Source: Pseudomonadota bacterium (GTDB taxonomy: Bacteria; Pseudomonadota; Gammaproteobacteria; JAKAQQ01). From it: 64,000 bases of DNA. Shown here one piece after another: positions 1 to 8,471 of the stretch. A program made the translations under genes and the position numbers. The DNA is taken from assembly GCA_027320085.1 (NCBI GenBank), contig DAHVLZ010000005.1, forward strand, positions 35,220 to 99,219. Direction: 5' to 3'. Each line of letters opens with the position of its first letter. Position 1 is the stretch's first letter. The notes beneath the pieces are model-generated. The model saw only the letters and a program-made list of their open reading frames with translations, ran no database searches and had not been told where the DNA came from.

Positions 1-621
1 GCGCTCGTGGATATCGGCGGGGGGACCACCGATCTCGCGGTCTACGCCCACGGCGCGATCCGTCATACCGCCGTGATCCCGATCGCCGGGGACCAGGTCA
101 CGAACGACGTCGCCATCACGCTCCGGACCCCGACCCACCATGCTGAGGAGATCAAGCTGAAATACGGTTGCGCACTCGCCCAGCTGGCGAGCCCCGAGGA
201 AACCATCGAGGTCCCGGGGGTGGGTGAACGGGCCCCGCGCAAGCTGGCCCGCCAGGCCCTGGCCGAGGTCATCCAGCCCCGTTACGAGGAGTTGTTCTCG
301 CTGATCCAGCATGAAATCCAGCGCGCCGGTTACGAGGATCTCATCCCGGCCGGAATCGTGCTGACGGGGGGTGCGGCCAAGATGATGGGTGCCTCCGAGC
401 TCGCGGAGGAGGTGTTTCATGCCCCGGTGCGCTGCGGTGCGCCGAAGGCGGTGAGCGGCCTCCGGGAGGTCGTCTCCAATCCGATTTACTCAACCGCGGT
501 CGGGCTGCTTTTGCATGCCGTGCGCGACGAGACGCAGGGGCCGGGCGAACGCGCACACCTGCGGGACGATCTTGAAGGAGTCTGGGTCCGGATGAAACAG
601 TGGTTTCAGGGCAATTTCTGA
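1..621 (+). CDS. ftsA: Cell division protein FtsA, C-terminal part (5' end outside window)
   Basis: ORF 7..621 is in frame from position 1. The actin-like ATPase C-terminal motifs (DIGGGTTD.., GIVLTGGAA) are present. It lies immediately upstream of ftsZ, as in dcw clusters. Confidence 0.9.
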   Translation, partial: ALVDIGGGTTDLAVYAHGAIRHTAVIPIAGDQVTNDVAITLRTPTHHAEEIKLKYGCALAQLASPEETIEVPGVGERAPRKLARQALAEVIQPRYEELFSLIQHEIQRAGYEDLIPAGIVLTGGAAKMMGASELAEEVFHAPVRCGAPKAVSGLREVVSNPIYSTAVGLLLHAVRDETQGPGERAHLRDDLEGVWVRMKQWFQGNF

Positions 622-690
622 TGCAAACCACGATGCGGGCAAAGGAGCGGAAGTGCGGTTCAAATCCATGTCAACAATGAGGTACAGGTC

Positions 691-1860
691 ATGAGTCATT
701 TCGAAATGGTGGATGGGGTGACCCAGGACGCGGTCATCAAGGTGATGGGGATCGGGGGGGGGGGTGGAAATGCGGTCCACCACATGCTGGCCATGGGGAT
801 CGAAGGGGTCGAGTTCATCTGCGTGAACACCGACGCCCAGGCCCTGCGCCATACCGAGGCCCGGCTGCCCTTGCAGATCGGCTCCAACCTGACTCGCGGG
901 CTCGGGGCCGGATCCAATCCGGACATCGGCCGGCAGGCGGCACTCGAGGACCGGGAGCGGCTCCAGGAAGTGATCCGCGGGACGGATCTCCTGTTCGTGA
1001 CCGCCTGCATGGGCGGAGGGACCGGAACCGGTGCGGCACCCGTCATCGCGCAGATCGCGAAGGAGATGGGGGTTTTGGTCGTCGCGGTCGTGACCAAGCC
1101 CTTTGCCTTTGAGGGGGCCCGCCGCATGACCATTGCGCAGAAGGGCATCAGCGAGCTGGCCAAGACGGTCGATTCCCTGATCACGGTGCCGAATGAGAAA
1201 CTCCTGAGCGTGGTCGGAGCCCAGATCCCCCTGCTCGAGGCCTTCAAGATCGCAAACGGGGTCCTGGTGGGCGCGGTCCAGGGGATTGCGGAACTGATCA
1301 CCCGGCCCGGGACGATCAACCTCGATTTCGCCGACGTGCGGACCGTCATGTCGGAGATGGGGACCGCCATGATGGGCACCGGACGGGCCCAGGGCGAGAA
1401 GCGGGCCCGGGAAGCCGTCGAGCAGGCGGTGGCGAGTCCTCTCCTCGAGGAATGCGATCTGTCCGGGGCGAAGGGGTTGCTGGTCAACGTGACCGTGGGT
1501 GAGGAGCCCGGACTCAGCCTGGGCGAGTTCCAGGAAGTCGGCGACTACGTCCGCCATCTCGCCTCGGATGATGCGGTGGTCAAGATCGGGACCGTGGCGG
1601 ATCCCGCCCTCGGCGGTGAACTCCGGGTCACGGTGGTCGTGACGGGCATCAATGCGGTTCGCCAGAAAGGCCCGGTGGCCGTCGAGATCTCGAAAGAGCA
1701 GGAACCCCGCGTCGTGAACGGACCCCGGCAGCCGGTGAACTACTCCGACCTCGATCCGCCGACCATCAAGCGCAAGAAGCCACTCGCGATTCCGCCGACC
1801 CTGTACGAGGAGGAGGCCCTGTCGGACATTCCGGCGTTTCTGCGCAGGCAGGCGGATTGA
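691..1860 (+). CDS. ftsZ: Cell division GTPase FtsZ
   Basis: 389 aa with the tubulin signature GGGTGTG, the N-terminal MGIGGGGGNAV motif and a C-terminal conserved peptide. Typical ftsA-ftsZ synteny. Confidence 0.95.
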   Translation: MSHFEMVDGVTQDAVIKVMGIGGGGGNAVHHMLAMGIEGVEFICVNTDAQALRHTEARLPLQIGSNLTRGLGAGSNPDIGRQAALEDRERLQEVIRGTDLLFVTACMGGGTGTGAAPVIAQIAKEMGVLVVAVVTKPFAFEGARRMTIAQKGISELAKTVDSLITVPNEKLLSVVGAQIPLLEAFKIANGVLVGAVQGIAELITRPGTINLDFADVRTVMSEMGTAMMGTGRAQGEKRAREAVEQAVASPLLEECDLSGAKGLLVNVTVGEEPGLSLGEFQEVGDYVRHLASDDAVVKIGTVADPALGGELRVTVVVTGINAVRQKGPVAVEISKEQEPRVVNGPRQPVNYSDLDPPTIKRKKPLAIPPTLYEEEALSDIPAFLRRQAD

Positions 1861-2096
1861 CCGGATCGTGGGTCCGTTTGCGTTCAACCGATCCGGGCAC
1901 CTGTGGCCGGGCGGTTCGTGCCGGGCCGCTCAAGCGAGCATCCACGCGACATGAATCCGCCTGCCAGGTTCGTCACAGAGACCGCCCGGGAACAGGCTGA
2001 GCCTCCCGGGACCGATGACGGGAAAGACCCGGCGACGGTCGCGCTCGGCTGGAAGGGTGGCCTTGAGGGTGACAATACGAGGGCCGGTACGTTATC

Positions 2097-2164
2097 AAAT
2101 CAGCAATCAGCGGCAAAAACTCGTGCAGACTTCGGCCAGTGCCAGGTGGGGAAATCAGCAATCA
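2097..2164. repeat. Two copies of the 13-mer AAATCAGCAATCA (2097-2109 and 2152-2164) in an AT-richer intergenic region
   Basis: Exact 13-mer duplicated 55 bp apart, read directly from the sequence. Unusual composition for this genome. Possible regulator binding sites or an insertion scar. Confidence 0.3.
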
Positions 2165-2615
2165 CCGTGACCCCTCTTTCATGAAGCGTAGCGGACTACC
2201 CTAGCCACCCCTTGCAAGGCGATCCTGCCGAGAAGTGTCGTTCCTCTCGGCACATCTGCGCCAGCGCAACGAATTCGCACTGTCGGCAGAATCAACCATG
2301 GAATTGGGATACCCAAGGAGGGCAGGGCGCACCCCCGCGCCATCGTTCTATCGGTGCTCGGCCACCGGGCGCGGAAAGTCATGGTCCTTCCCCCAACACA
2401 CTGTCCACTCCCGCGAGCTGAAGACATCTCGGGATCCCGGCGACCCCGTAGCGCTCGGGACTCGATTTTGAGCGCTCAGGAGTCATAGTCACCGAGGCGA
2501 ATGAACTCGTGTGGCTCAATCCCCGTACCCTCTATCGGGCTTTCACGCCGGTTGGATGCAGTACCTTTGATCGGTGGCAGTGATGTGGAACGTGCAGTAT
2601 TATTAATACCGTGCC

Positions 2616-3533
2616 ATGCGGATACGAATGCCCATGAGTGACCTGGTCTCGCAAGCCGCTGCTCCCGGTTTCGAGGCTCGCGCTATCCAGCCGGCCCGGG
2701 AGTTGGGAGCCTACGAGGCCCTGTGGGCTCAGGAAGGCACATCCTTCAAGAAACTTGCGGATGTGTTCCAGAAGCATCCCGGATCGGTGCCGTCGGATTT
2801 TGTCCCCAGGTCGGACGCGGAGCAGTACGCCCAACGGGCGCTTGTGGCCATCCGGGCGGAGGGTGCCAGACACTTTGGAATCCGGGTCCACGGCGGGGGT
2901 GAGTACCCGGAGAAGCTGCGTGACGCGCAACACCCCATCGAACTGCTCTACTTTCAGGGGAACTGGGATCTGACCAATTCACGCTGCATCGCCATTGTGG
3001 GCGCCCGCAAACCGAGTGAGGAAGGTTTGCGTCGAGCGGCGAAGCTGGCTCGCAACTTCGTGAGGGCTGGCTTCACGATCGTTTCCGGATTGGCACAGGG
3101 TATCGATACGGTGGCGCATACGACGGCCATCAAGGCTGGTGGACAAACCATCGCGGTATTGGGCACGCCGATTACCAAGTACTACCCATCCGAGAACAAG
3201 GCGCTCCAGCGGCGCATCGCGGATGACTACCTGGTCATCAGCCAGGTGCCTATCGTTCGTTACTCCCGTCAGACATTCAACGGCAACCGTTTCTTCTTCC
3301 CTGAACGCAACGTGACCATGTCGGCACTCACGGAAGCGACAGTCATTGTGGAGGCGGGTGAAACCTCGGGGACGCTGGTTCAGGCGCGTCATGTGCTCCA
3401 GCAGCGACGCAAGCTGTTCATTCTGGATAGCTGTTTCCGCAACCCGGCGTTGACATGGCCGGCGAAGTATCTGGAACGCGGTGCAATTCGCGTCATCGAC
3501 TTTGACGAAGTCATGCAACACCTTGCTTCCTGA
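2616..3533 (+). CDS. DprA/Smf-family DNA-processing protein homolog (Rossmann-fold SLOG domain), lacking the C-terminal winged-helix extension
   Basis: 305 aa. The IAIVGARKPSEEG...IVSGLAQGIDTVAH...GQTIAVLGTPI...VIVEAGETSGTL region matches the DprA Rossmann core, and the N-terminal region is SAM-like. The gene has lower GC than its neighbours and sits between ftsZ and lpxC. True start may be M5 or M7. Confidence 0.6.
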   Translation: MRIRMPMSDLVSQAAAPGFEARAIQPARELGAYEALWAQEGTSFKKLADVFQKHPGSVPSDFVPRSDAEQYAQRALVAIRAEGARHFGIRVHGGGEYPEKLRDAQHPIELLYFQGNWDLTNSRCIAIVGARKPSEEGLRRAAKLARNFVRAGFTIVSGLAQGIDTVAHTTAIKAGGQTIAVLGTPITKYYPSENKALQRRIADDYLVISQVPIVRYSRQTFNGNRFFFPERNVTMSALTEATVIVEAGETSGTLVQARHVLQQRRKLFILDSCFRNPALTWPAKYLERGAIRVIDFDEVMQHLAS

Positions 3534-3942
3534 CCGACTGACGCTGATTGACGAGACCAGTCGAGGGGATCATGTTTACCTTGAAGAGGGCGATCAATGC
3601 TACTTCATCGGGAGGTGTACTTGTAACCTCGGAGCGTTCAGTTGGGGCGGAATTCTCGCGATTGCCACCATTGCGGGGACCGCTTTCGGGGTCCGTATTC
3701 TGGATACGCCAGTAAAGGTGGACACACGGGGTTTTCGTTTGGGCTGGACGTGGGGTTGCCGGTCCTGCTAGGAGCCTATTGAGGAAACACCTCCTGTGGC
3801 CCCCCCCGGACCAGAGCCCATGGGCTTCCGCCAGTGGGTGTGATAACATTCAAAACCCTGCCCGGAAGAGGCGGGAACCGCCTGGGTCCTGCTCCGCCCG
3901 GTCGGGTCACAGGGCCTTTCGATCCGTTCGAGGACCACACGC

Positions 3943-4857
3943 ATGCTTCAGCAACGTACGCTCCGCAACAGCATCAAGGCCACCGGCGTCGGGCTTCATA
4001 CGGGAGTCAAGGTCTACATGTGCCTCAGGCCCGCCGCGCCCAATACCGGGATCCGCTTCCGGCGGGTTGACCTCCCGGAACCGGTCGAAATTCCGGCGAG
4101 CGGCTTGCAGGTCGGCGAGACGACGCTCGGGACCACCCTGGTCCACGACTCCGCCAAGGTTGCCACGGTGGAGCATCTCATGGCGGCCTTTGCCGGTCTC
4201 GGGATCGACAATGCCTATGTCGATCTCAGCGCGCCCGAAGTGCCGATCATGGACGGCAGCGCCGGACCCTTCGTTTTTCTGATCCAGTCGGCCGGGATCG
4301 AACTCCAGCCCGTGCCCAAGAAGTTCATCCGCCTGCTCAAGCCCCTCGAAGCCCGCCAGGAGGACAAGTGGGCGCGTCTCGAGCCCTACGACGGCTTTCG
4401 CGTGAGTGTCGAGATCGACTTTGACCATCCGGTTTTCCGCCGGCACTCGCAGCAGGCCACCATCGATTTTTCAACGACCTCGTTTGTGAAGGAAATCAGC
4501 CGGGCCCGGACTTTCGGCTTCCTCCGGGATCTCGAGCTCCTGCGCATGCGCCAGCTCTCGCTCGGGGCCTCACTGGACAATGCCATTGCCATTGACGACT
4601 ACCGGGTGCTGAACGAGGACGGGCTGCGTTACGAGGACGAGTTCGTCAAGCACAAGATTCTCGATGCGATCGGGGACCTCTATCTTCTGGGGCATGGCCT
4701 GATCGGTGCGTATACCGCCTACAAGTGCGGACACGGCATCAACAACGCCATGGTTCGCACCCTCCTGGCAGCACCGGAGGCCTGGGAGGAGGTGACCTTC
4801 GAGGACGGCGAGCGTGCCCCCATCTTTTACCTCAACCCGGCGCACGCGGTGGCTTGA
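3943..4857 (+). CDS. lpxC: UDP-3-O-acyl-N-acetylglucosamine deacetylase LpxC
   Basis: 304 aa with conserved LpxC motifs ([26 protein letters not shown]). Canonical position after ftsZ. Confidence 0.95.
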   Translation: MLQQRTLRNSIKATGVGLHTGVKVYMCLRPAAPNTGIRFRRVDLPEPVEIPASGLQVGETTLGTTLVHDSAKVATVEHLMAAFAGLGIDNAYVDLSAPEVPIMDGSAGPFVFLIQSAGIELQPVPKKFIRLLKPLEARQEDKWARLEPYDGFRVSVEIDFDHPVFRRHSQQATIDFSTTSFVKEISRARTFGFLRDLELLRMRQLSLGASLDNAIAIDDYRVLNEDGLRYEDEFVKHKILDAIGDLYLLGHGLIGAYTAYKCGHGINNAMVRTLLAAPEAWEEVTFEDGERAPIFYLNPAHAVA

Positions 4858-4888
4858 AGGGCCCCCGGTTGCATTCCTTGGATCCGGC

Positions 4889-5302
4889 TCAGAGAAACCC
4901 GAATGGCCCGGCGGATGAGGGAGGGACGATCATGACCCGCAACTGGCGGAGGACGGAGCCCGTCGAGTGGGAGGCCTTCTCGAGAAGGCGGTTCTGCTCG
5001 AAACGGAACCGGGTCGCCCAGGCCGAACTGTCCGTGACCACGATGAGTGTCTCCCCGCTCCCGGCGGCCCACAGGCAGTGGGGGGCGAGTTCCGTCGCGA
5101 GACCGCTCCTGAGCTCCTGGGTCAGGCGGAAGGCGTGGTTCCCGAGGTCTACGAGAGAGTGGCCTCCGAGCTGGATTTCCCGAAGGACCTGGGTCAGGTC
5201 GGTAGGCGTGGGTTTTTCGCCGGATGGATCCACGGGAACGGTTCGTTGAGGGGCATGGGATATGCACATCATACTGGTCCGATCGAATGCCCGCTCCATC
5301 AC
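4889..5302 (-). CDS. DUF721 (DciA-like) domain protein
   Basis: 137-aa minus-strand ORF between lpxC and the M23 peptidase gene, the position of a DUF721 protein in pseudomonad-like gene orders. Weak motif-level similarity only. Overlaps the 5' end of the next + gene by 41 bp, so the ends are uncertain. Confidence 0.45.
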   Translation of the reverse strand: MMERAFDRTSMMCISHAPQRTVPVDPSGEKPTPTDLTQVLREIQLGGHSLVDLGNHAFRLTQELRSGLATELAPHCLWAAGSGETLIVVTDSSAWATRFRFEQNRLLEKASHSTGSVLRQLRVMIVPPSSAGPFGFL

Positions 5303-6185
5303 CCTCCGGTGGAGTCGGCGGGCGGGTGCACTGGGGGCTCTTGCCGGCCTGGTTTTGATCGGCGGTTTCCTCGGGGTGGGCTACGAATGGGCCCGCTCCG
5401 GTGGATCCGTCTCGCCGGTGATCGTCGCCCACTGGCGCGGACACCTGGCTGCCGAGGCTGCCACGCTCCGGACCCTCAGGCGGGAGAACCGGTCGGAGAT
5501 TGATGCCCTGGCCCAGCGGGTGGCCGGGCTTGAGGCCCGCATGAGCCAGCTCGACGCGCTCGGCGCGGTCCTCACCCAGCGTGCCGGGATCAGCCCGAAA
5601 CTTTTCAACTTCAACGCTCCGGTTCCCGAGGGAGGACCCTCGAATCGATCCCGGGAGATCCCGCTTTCGGCCCACGAGCTGTCCGGACGCATCGACCGGC
5701 TGGCCGACCAGATCGGCGCCCAGCGGCTTGCGCTCCGCTCCCTCAACCGGCGGGTCGCGGAGACCCGTCTCCGGCGTCAGATCGTCCCCGAGGGACACCC
5801 GGTCCGGAGCTTTTGGGTCTCCTCGCCCTTCGGCTGGCGAATCGACCCCATCACCGGGCGGCTCGAGTTTCACGAAGGCATCGATCTTGCGGCACCGCAG
5901 GGCGAACCGATCCATGCAGTGGCCGCCGGGGTCGTGACCTGGGCGGGTCCACGCTACGGTTTCGGCAATATCGTGATCGTGAACGACGGGCAGGGTTACA
6001 CGACTTATTACGCGCATTGCGAGAAGGTCTTTGTCAAGGTGGGGCAGGTGATCCGGCGGGGGTCCGTCATCGCCCTGGTCGGGGATACCGGCATGTCGAC
6101 CGGCCCCCATGTGCATTTTGAAGTGCTGCGCAATGACCGGCCCCTCAATCCGGCTCCCTTTGTCTTCGCGTCGCGCGGTGGTTGA
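5262..6185 (+). CDS. M23-family metalloendopeptidase (LytM domain) with N-terminal membrane anchor and coiled coil
   Basis: C-terminal HEGIDLAAPQGEPIHA...GDTGMSTGPHVHFEV is the M23 zinc-peptidase signature. N-terminal TM helix. Confidence 0.85.
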   Translation: MHIILVRSNARSITLRWSRRAGALGALAGLVLIGGFLGVGYEWARSGGSVSPVIVAHWRGHLAAEAATLRTLRRENRSEIDALAQRVAGLEARMSQLDALGAVLTQRAGISPKLFNFNAPVPEGGPSNRSREIPLSAHELSGRIDRLADQIGAQRLALRSLNRRVAETRLRRQIVPEGHPVRSFWVSSPFGWRIDPITGRLEFHEGIDLAAPQGEPIHAVAAGVVTWAGPRYGFGNIVIVNDGQGYTTYYAHCEKVFVKVGQVIRRGSVIALVGDTGMSTGPHVHFEVLRNDRPLNPAPFVFASRGG

Positions 6186-6239
6186 GGGCCGGTCTTCCCT
6201 CGGGTAGCGCTTCAGTCGTCCATCGGGAGGTACGGAGAC

Positions 6240-6474
6240 CCGGGAAAGCATTTCTTTCTTCTTACAAGGCCTCCACCCCTTGCGAGCGGGCGGCGTATGT
6301 TTGCGCAGCGTTCCCTTGACCCATCCACGACCCTTCTCATGGGTCTCTTTCTTCAGCCGGGCAATGAGCGTCGCTCGGCGCACGCCCGACCGTCGCGCGG
6401 TCTCGCGGACGCGCAGGCCTCGATGCTTGATCTCAACGGCCTCGAGGAATTTTTTTGGCTTCTTCCTGCTTCAT
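6240..6474 (-). pseudogene. Frameshifted small helix-turn-helix (IS3 OrfA-like or phage-regulator-like) remnant
   Basis: The minus strand reads MKQEEAKK then stops. The +1 frame after an A7 homopolymer (plus-strand T run 6450-6456) continues FLEAVEIKHRGLRVRETARRSGVRRATLIARLKK.., an HTH-like sequence. Its 3' end is not defined because the frame runs antisense into the M23 gene. Confidence 0.3.
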
Positions 6475-6599
6475 TGCAAATATCCCCCGATCCTCGCGTG
6501 CTAAGATGAAGCTGTCATGCCGGCCACAAAAGTAAACACCGTCATGCCGCCCGCGGACGCGGGGGTGGTCCGGTTTCATTCCCAACCCGGCCTTTACCC

Positions 6600-6896
6600 A
6601 TGGCAGCAAAGACGACATCTCATCTGGAAATGATCACGACGCACCTCAACGCGCCGTATGGGGAGGGGGTTGCCCCGTCTGATCTGGAGCTTGCATTGTG
6701 CGCGGGGTCTCTCGCCAGCATCAAGCCTGGTCTGGGCCGGGCACTATTGATGACGTTGTTTATCGAGTGCTCACCCAAGACCATATTGTCAGCCGCCCTG
6801 GAAGCGGGGGGCTCCTGGCGCACCGTGCGGTCCCTGTACGAGGAGACCGTGGCCAGCGGAATGCAGCGCGTGAAGGATTGGGAAACCGCAGCATGA
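6600..6896 (+). CDS. Hypothetical 98-aa protein, putative antitoxin-like partner of the downstream nucleotidyltransferase
   Basis: Its stop overlaps the start of the next ORF by 4 bp (ATGA). No recognisable domain. Confidence 0.4.
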   Translation: MAAKTTSHLEMITTHLNAPYGEGVAPSDLELALCAGSLASIKPGLGRALLMTLFIECSPKTILSAALEAGGSWRTVRSLYEETVASGMQRVKDWETAA

Positions 6897-7594
6897 CGAC
6901 CCATCAGGAAATCCAGGACTTCAAGGATCATGGCCCGTGGCGCGCGCTCGTGGCACTCGCGGCGGATATGGCTGCTGATGCTGAACGGCGTGCGGGTGGA
7001 GTTCACATGAACCCGCTGATCGGTGGCGGCACACGGATCATGCTGGCCATCGAGCATCGAATCAGCGACGATGTTGATTTATTTGTCCACGATGCGCAGT
7101 GGATCGGATTTCTAACGCCGCGACTCAACGAGAAGTTCGACGACCGCCTGAGTGGCTATGAGGAAGATGCCACATGGATAAAACTCAAACACCGGGATGG
7201 GGAGATCGACTTCATTGTGAGTGGTTCATTGCTGGACCGGAAGCCGGATTGTGATCCCGCGTTGCCGTTTGCCCTCGAGCCCGTCGAAGAAGTCATCGCG
7301 AAGAAACTCTTCTACCGGGGATGGGCATTGACGGCACGGGATCTGTTCGACTGGAAGGCGGTCAGTGAGCATCCACGCTATCGACACATCCCGGATGTGA
7401 TTGCTGCTGTGTTGACTGCTGATCGCCGTGCGCTGCTTGCTGCCTCCATTGAAAAATTGAGCCTTTTGCCGGAAGCGACAAGGCAATGGGAGGGTATCCG
7501 CGCTGCCGCACTCGTCCCGCTGTCCGATGCGCTTGCATGGGCCCAGGCCGAGATTCAGGCGATGACGGTTCTCCAAACAACTGCACGCGGCTGA
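6893..7594 (+). CDS. AbiEii/AbiGii-like nucleotidyltransferase (type IV TA toxin family)
   Basis: Internal start MTTHQ at 6893 within ORF 6698..7594. The motif NPLIGGGTRIMLAIEHRISDDVDLFV matches the GG(T/S)AL...HRxSxDLDF nucleotidyltransferase signature of DUF1814/AbiEii. Translationally coupled to the upstream small ORF. Confidence 0.6.
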   Translation: MTTHQEIQDFKDHGPWRALVALAADMAADAERRAGGVHMNPLIGGGTRIMLAIEHRISDDVDLFVHDAQWIGFLTPRLNEKFDDRLSGYEEDATWIKLKHRDGEIDFIVSGSLLDRKPDCDPALPFALEPVEEVIAKKLFYRGWALTARDLFDWKAVSEHPRYRHIPDVIAAVLTADRRALLAASIEKLSLLPEATRQWEGIRAAALVPLSDALAWAQAEIQAMTVLQTTARG

Positions 7595-8471
7595 GAAGGG
7601 GATGAAGCGAGCGGAGGACGGACAGTAATCCGGCCTCCATCTTGGCCGGTGAGTTCTCGCATGCGGCTCTGCAGAGCTGGATGCGCGGGTGGCTCAGGGG
7701 GTGGAGCGGCGGCCCGCGCCCTGCAAGGGTCTCCCAAAGCGGCCGGTGGGGGGTTCAAGCCCCTCTCGGCGTGCCGATCGGAGATGCGGTATCCGGGTGC
7801 TCCGTCCACCCCCGTCGGTAGACGCCACGGAGGGACTTGCGCCCTTCAAGGGAATTGCCCGCAATGGCAGCCCCCTCATGGGCCACGGCGATACAGAGGA
7901 TGCGTACCCGTTCCATGACGAGTGCTGGAGCAGCCTGTACGAGACGATACAAAGGGGGAAAACCCGCAGATCCACCAGCCGATTGCGCATCAGGGCGTAG
8001 AGATACCGGAATATCGGCGCCCAGTCCTGTCGAAGAGGGCAGGCTGTCTATAAGGCCCTGATCGGCGCATGCGGGATCCGTGTGCCTTTCGATGGCTGGC
8101 CCTGAAAACGGGTAGCGATCCTGCGCTTGGCGTCCCGTCGGCTCCGCCCCGTGGGGTGGAACCCCCCGTGGCCTTGCTCAGGGGCTATACTTTCCGCCAT
8201 CTACGGGAATGTTTCCTGAAACCCAAGCGCCTCTGTGGCCGGGAACCGCTTTGGACGCAAGCATCCCAGGGGGGAATGGTGGGTGCGGTATACCCAGCGG
8301 TCGTCCGTCGCCATCTTGAGGAATGCCAGGGACCACGGCCCCCTTCCGGGCGGCGGCGCTTTCGTCCCATGCCCTGAAGAAGGTGGGGGTTCCCGTGCCG
8401 TTCTATAATTCACCGTTTACCGGGAGCGGCGGCTTTCCGCCCGACCCGGAATCAGCCCGGAGCCCCGAGAG

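Noticed and set aside
4827-6383. 518-aa minus-strand ORF spanning lpxC-proximal region and antisense to the M23 peptidase gene
   Set aside because: Pro/Arg/Gly-rich low-complexity translation typical of antisense frames in high-GC DNA. It overlaps two well-supported genes. Only its extreme 5' part (HTH-like remnant) is considered real.
7683-7775. Possible tRNA gene (D-arm and T-arm-like motifs)
   Set aside because: Could not form a complete cloverleaf. The acceptor 5'/3' strands and anticodon stem do not pair, and there is no CCA. Treated at most as a decayed fragment or coincidence.
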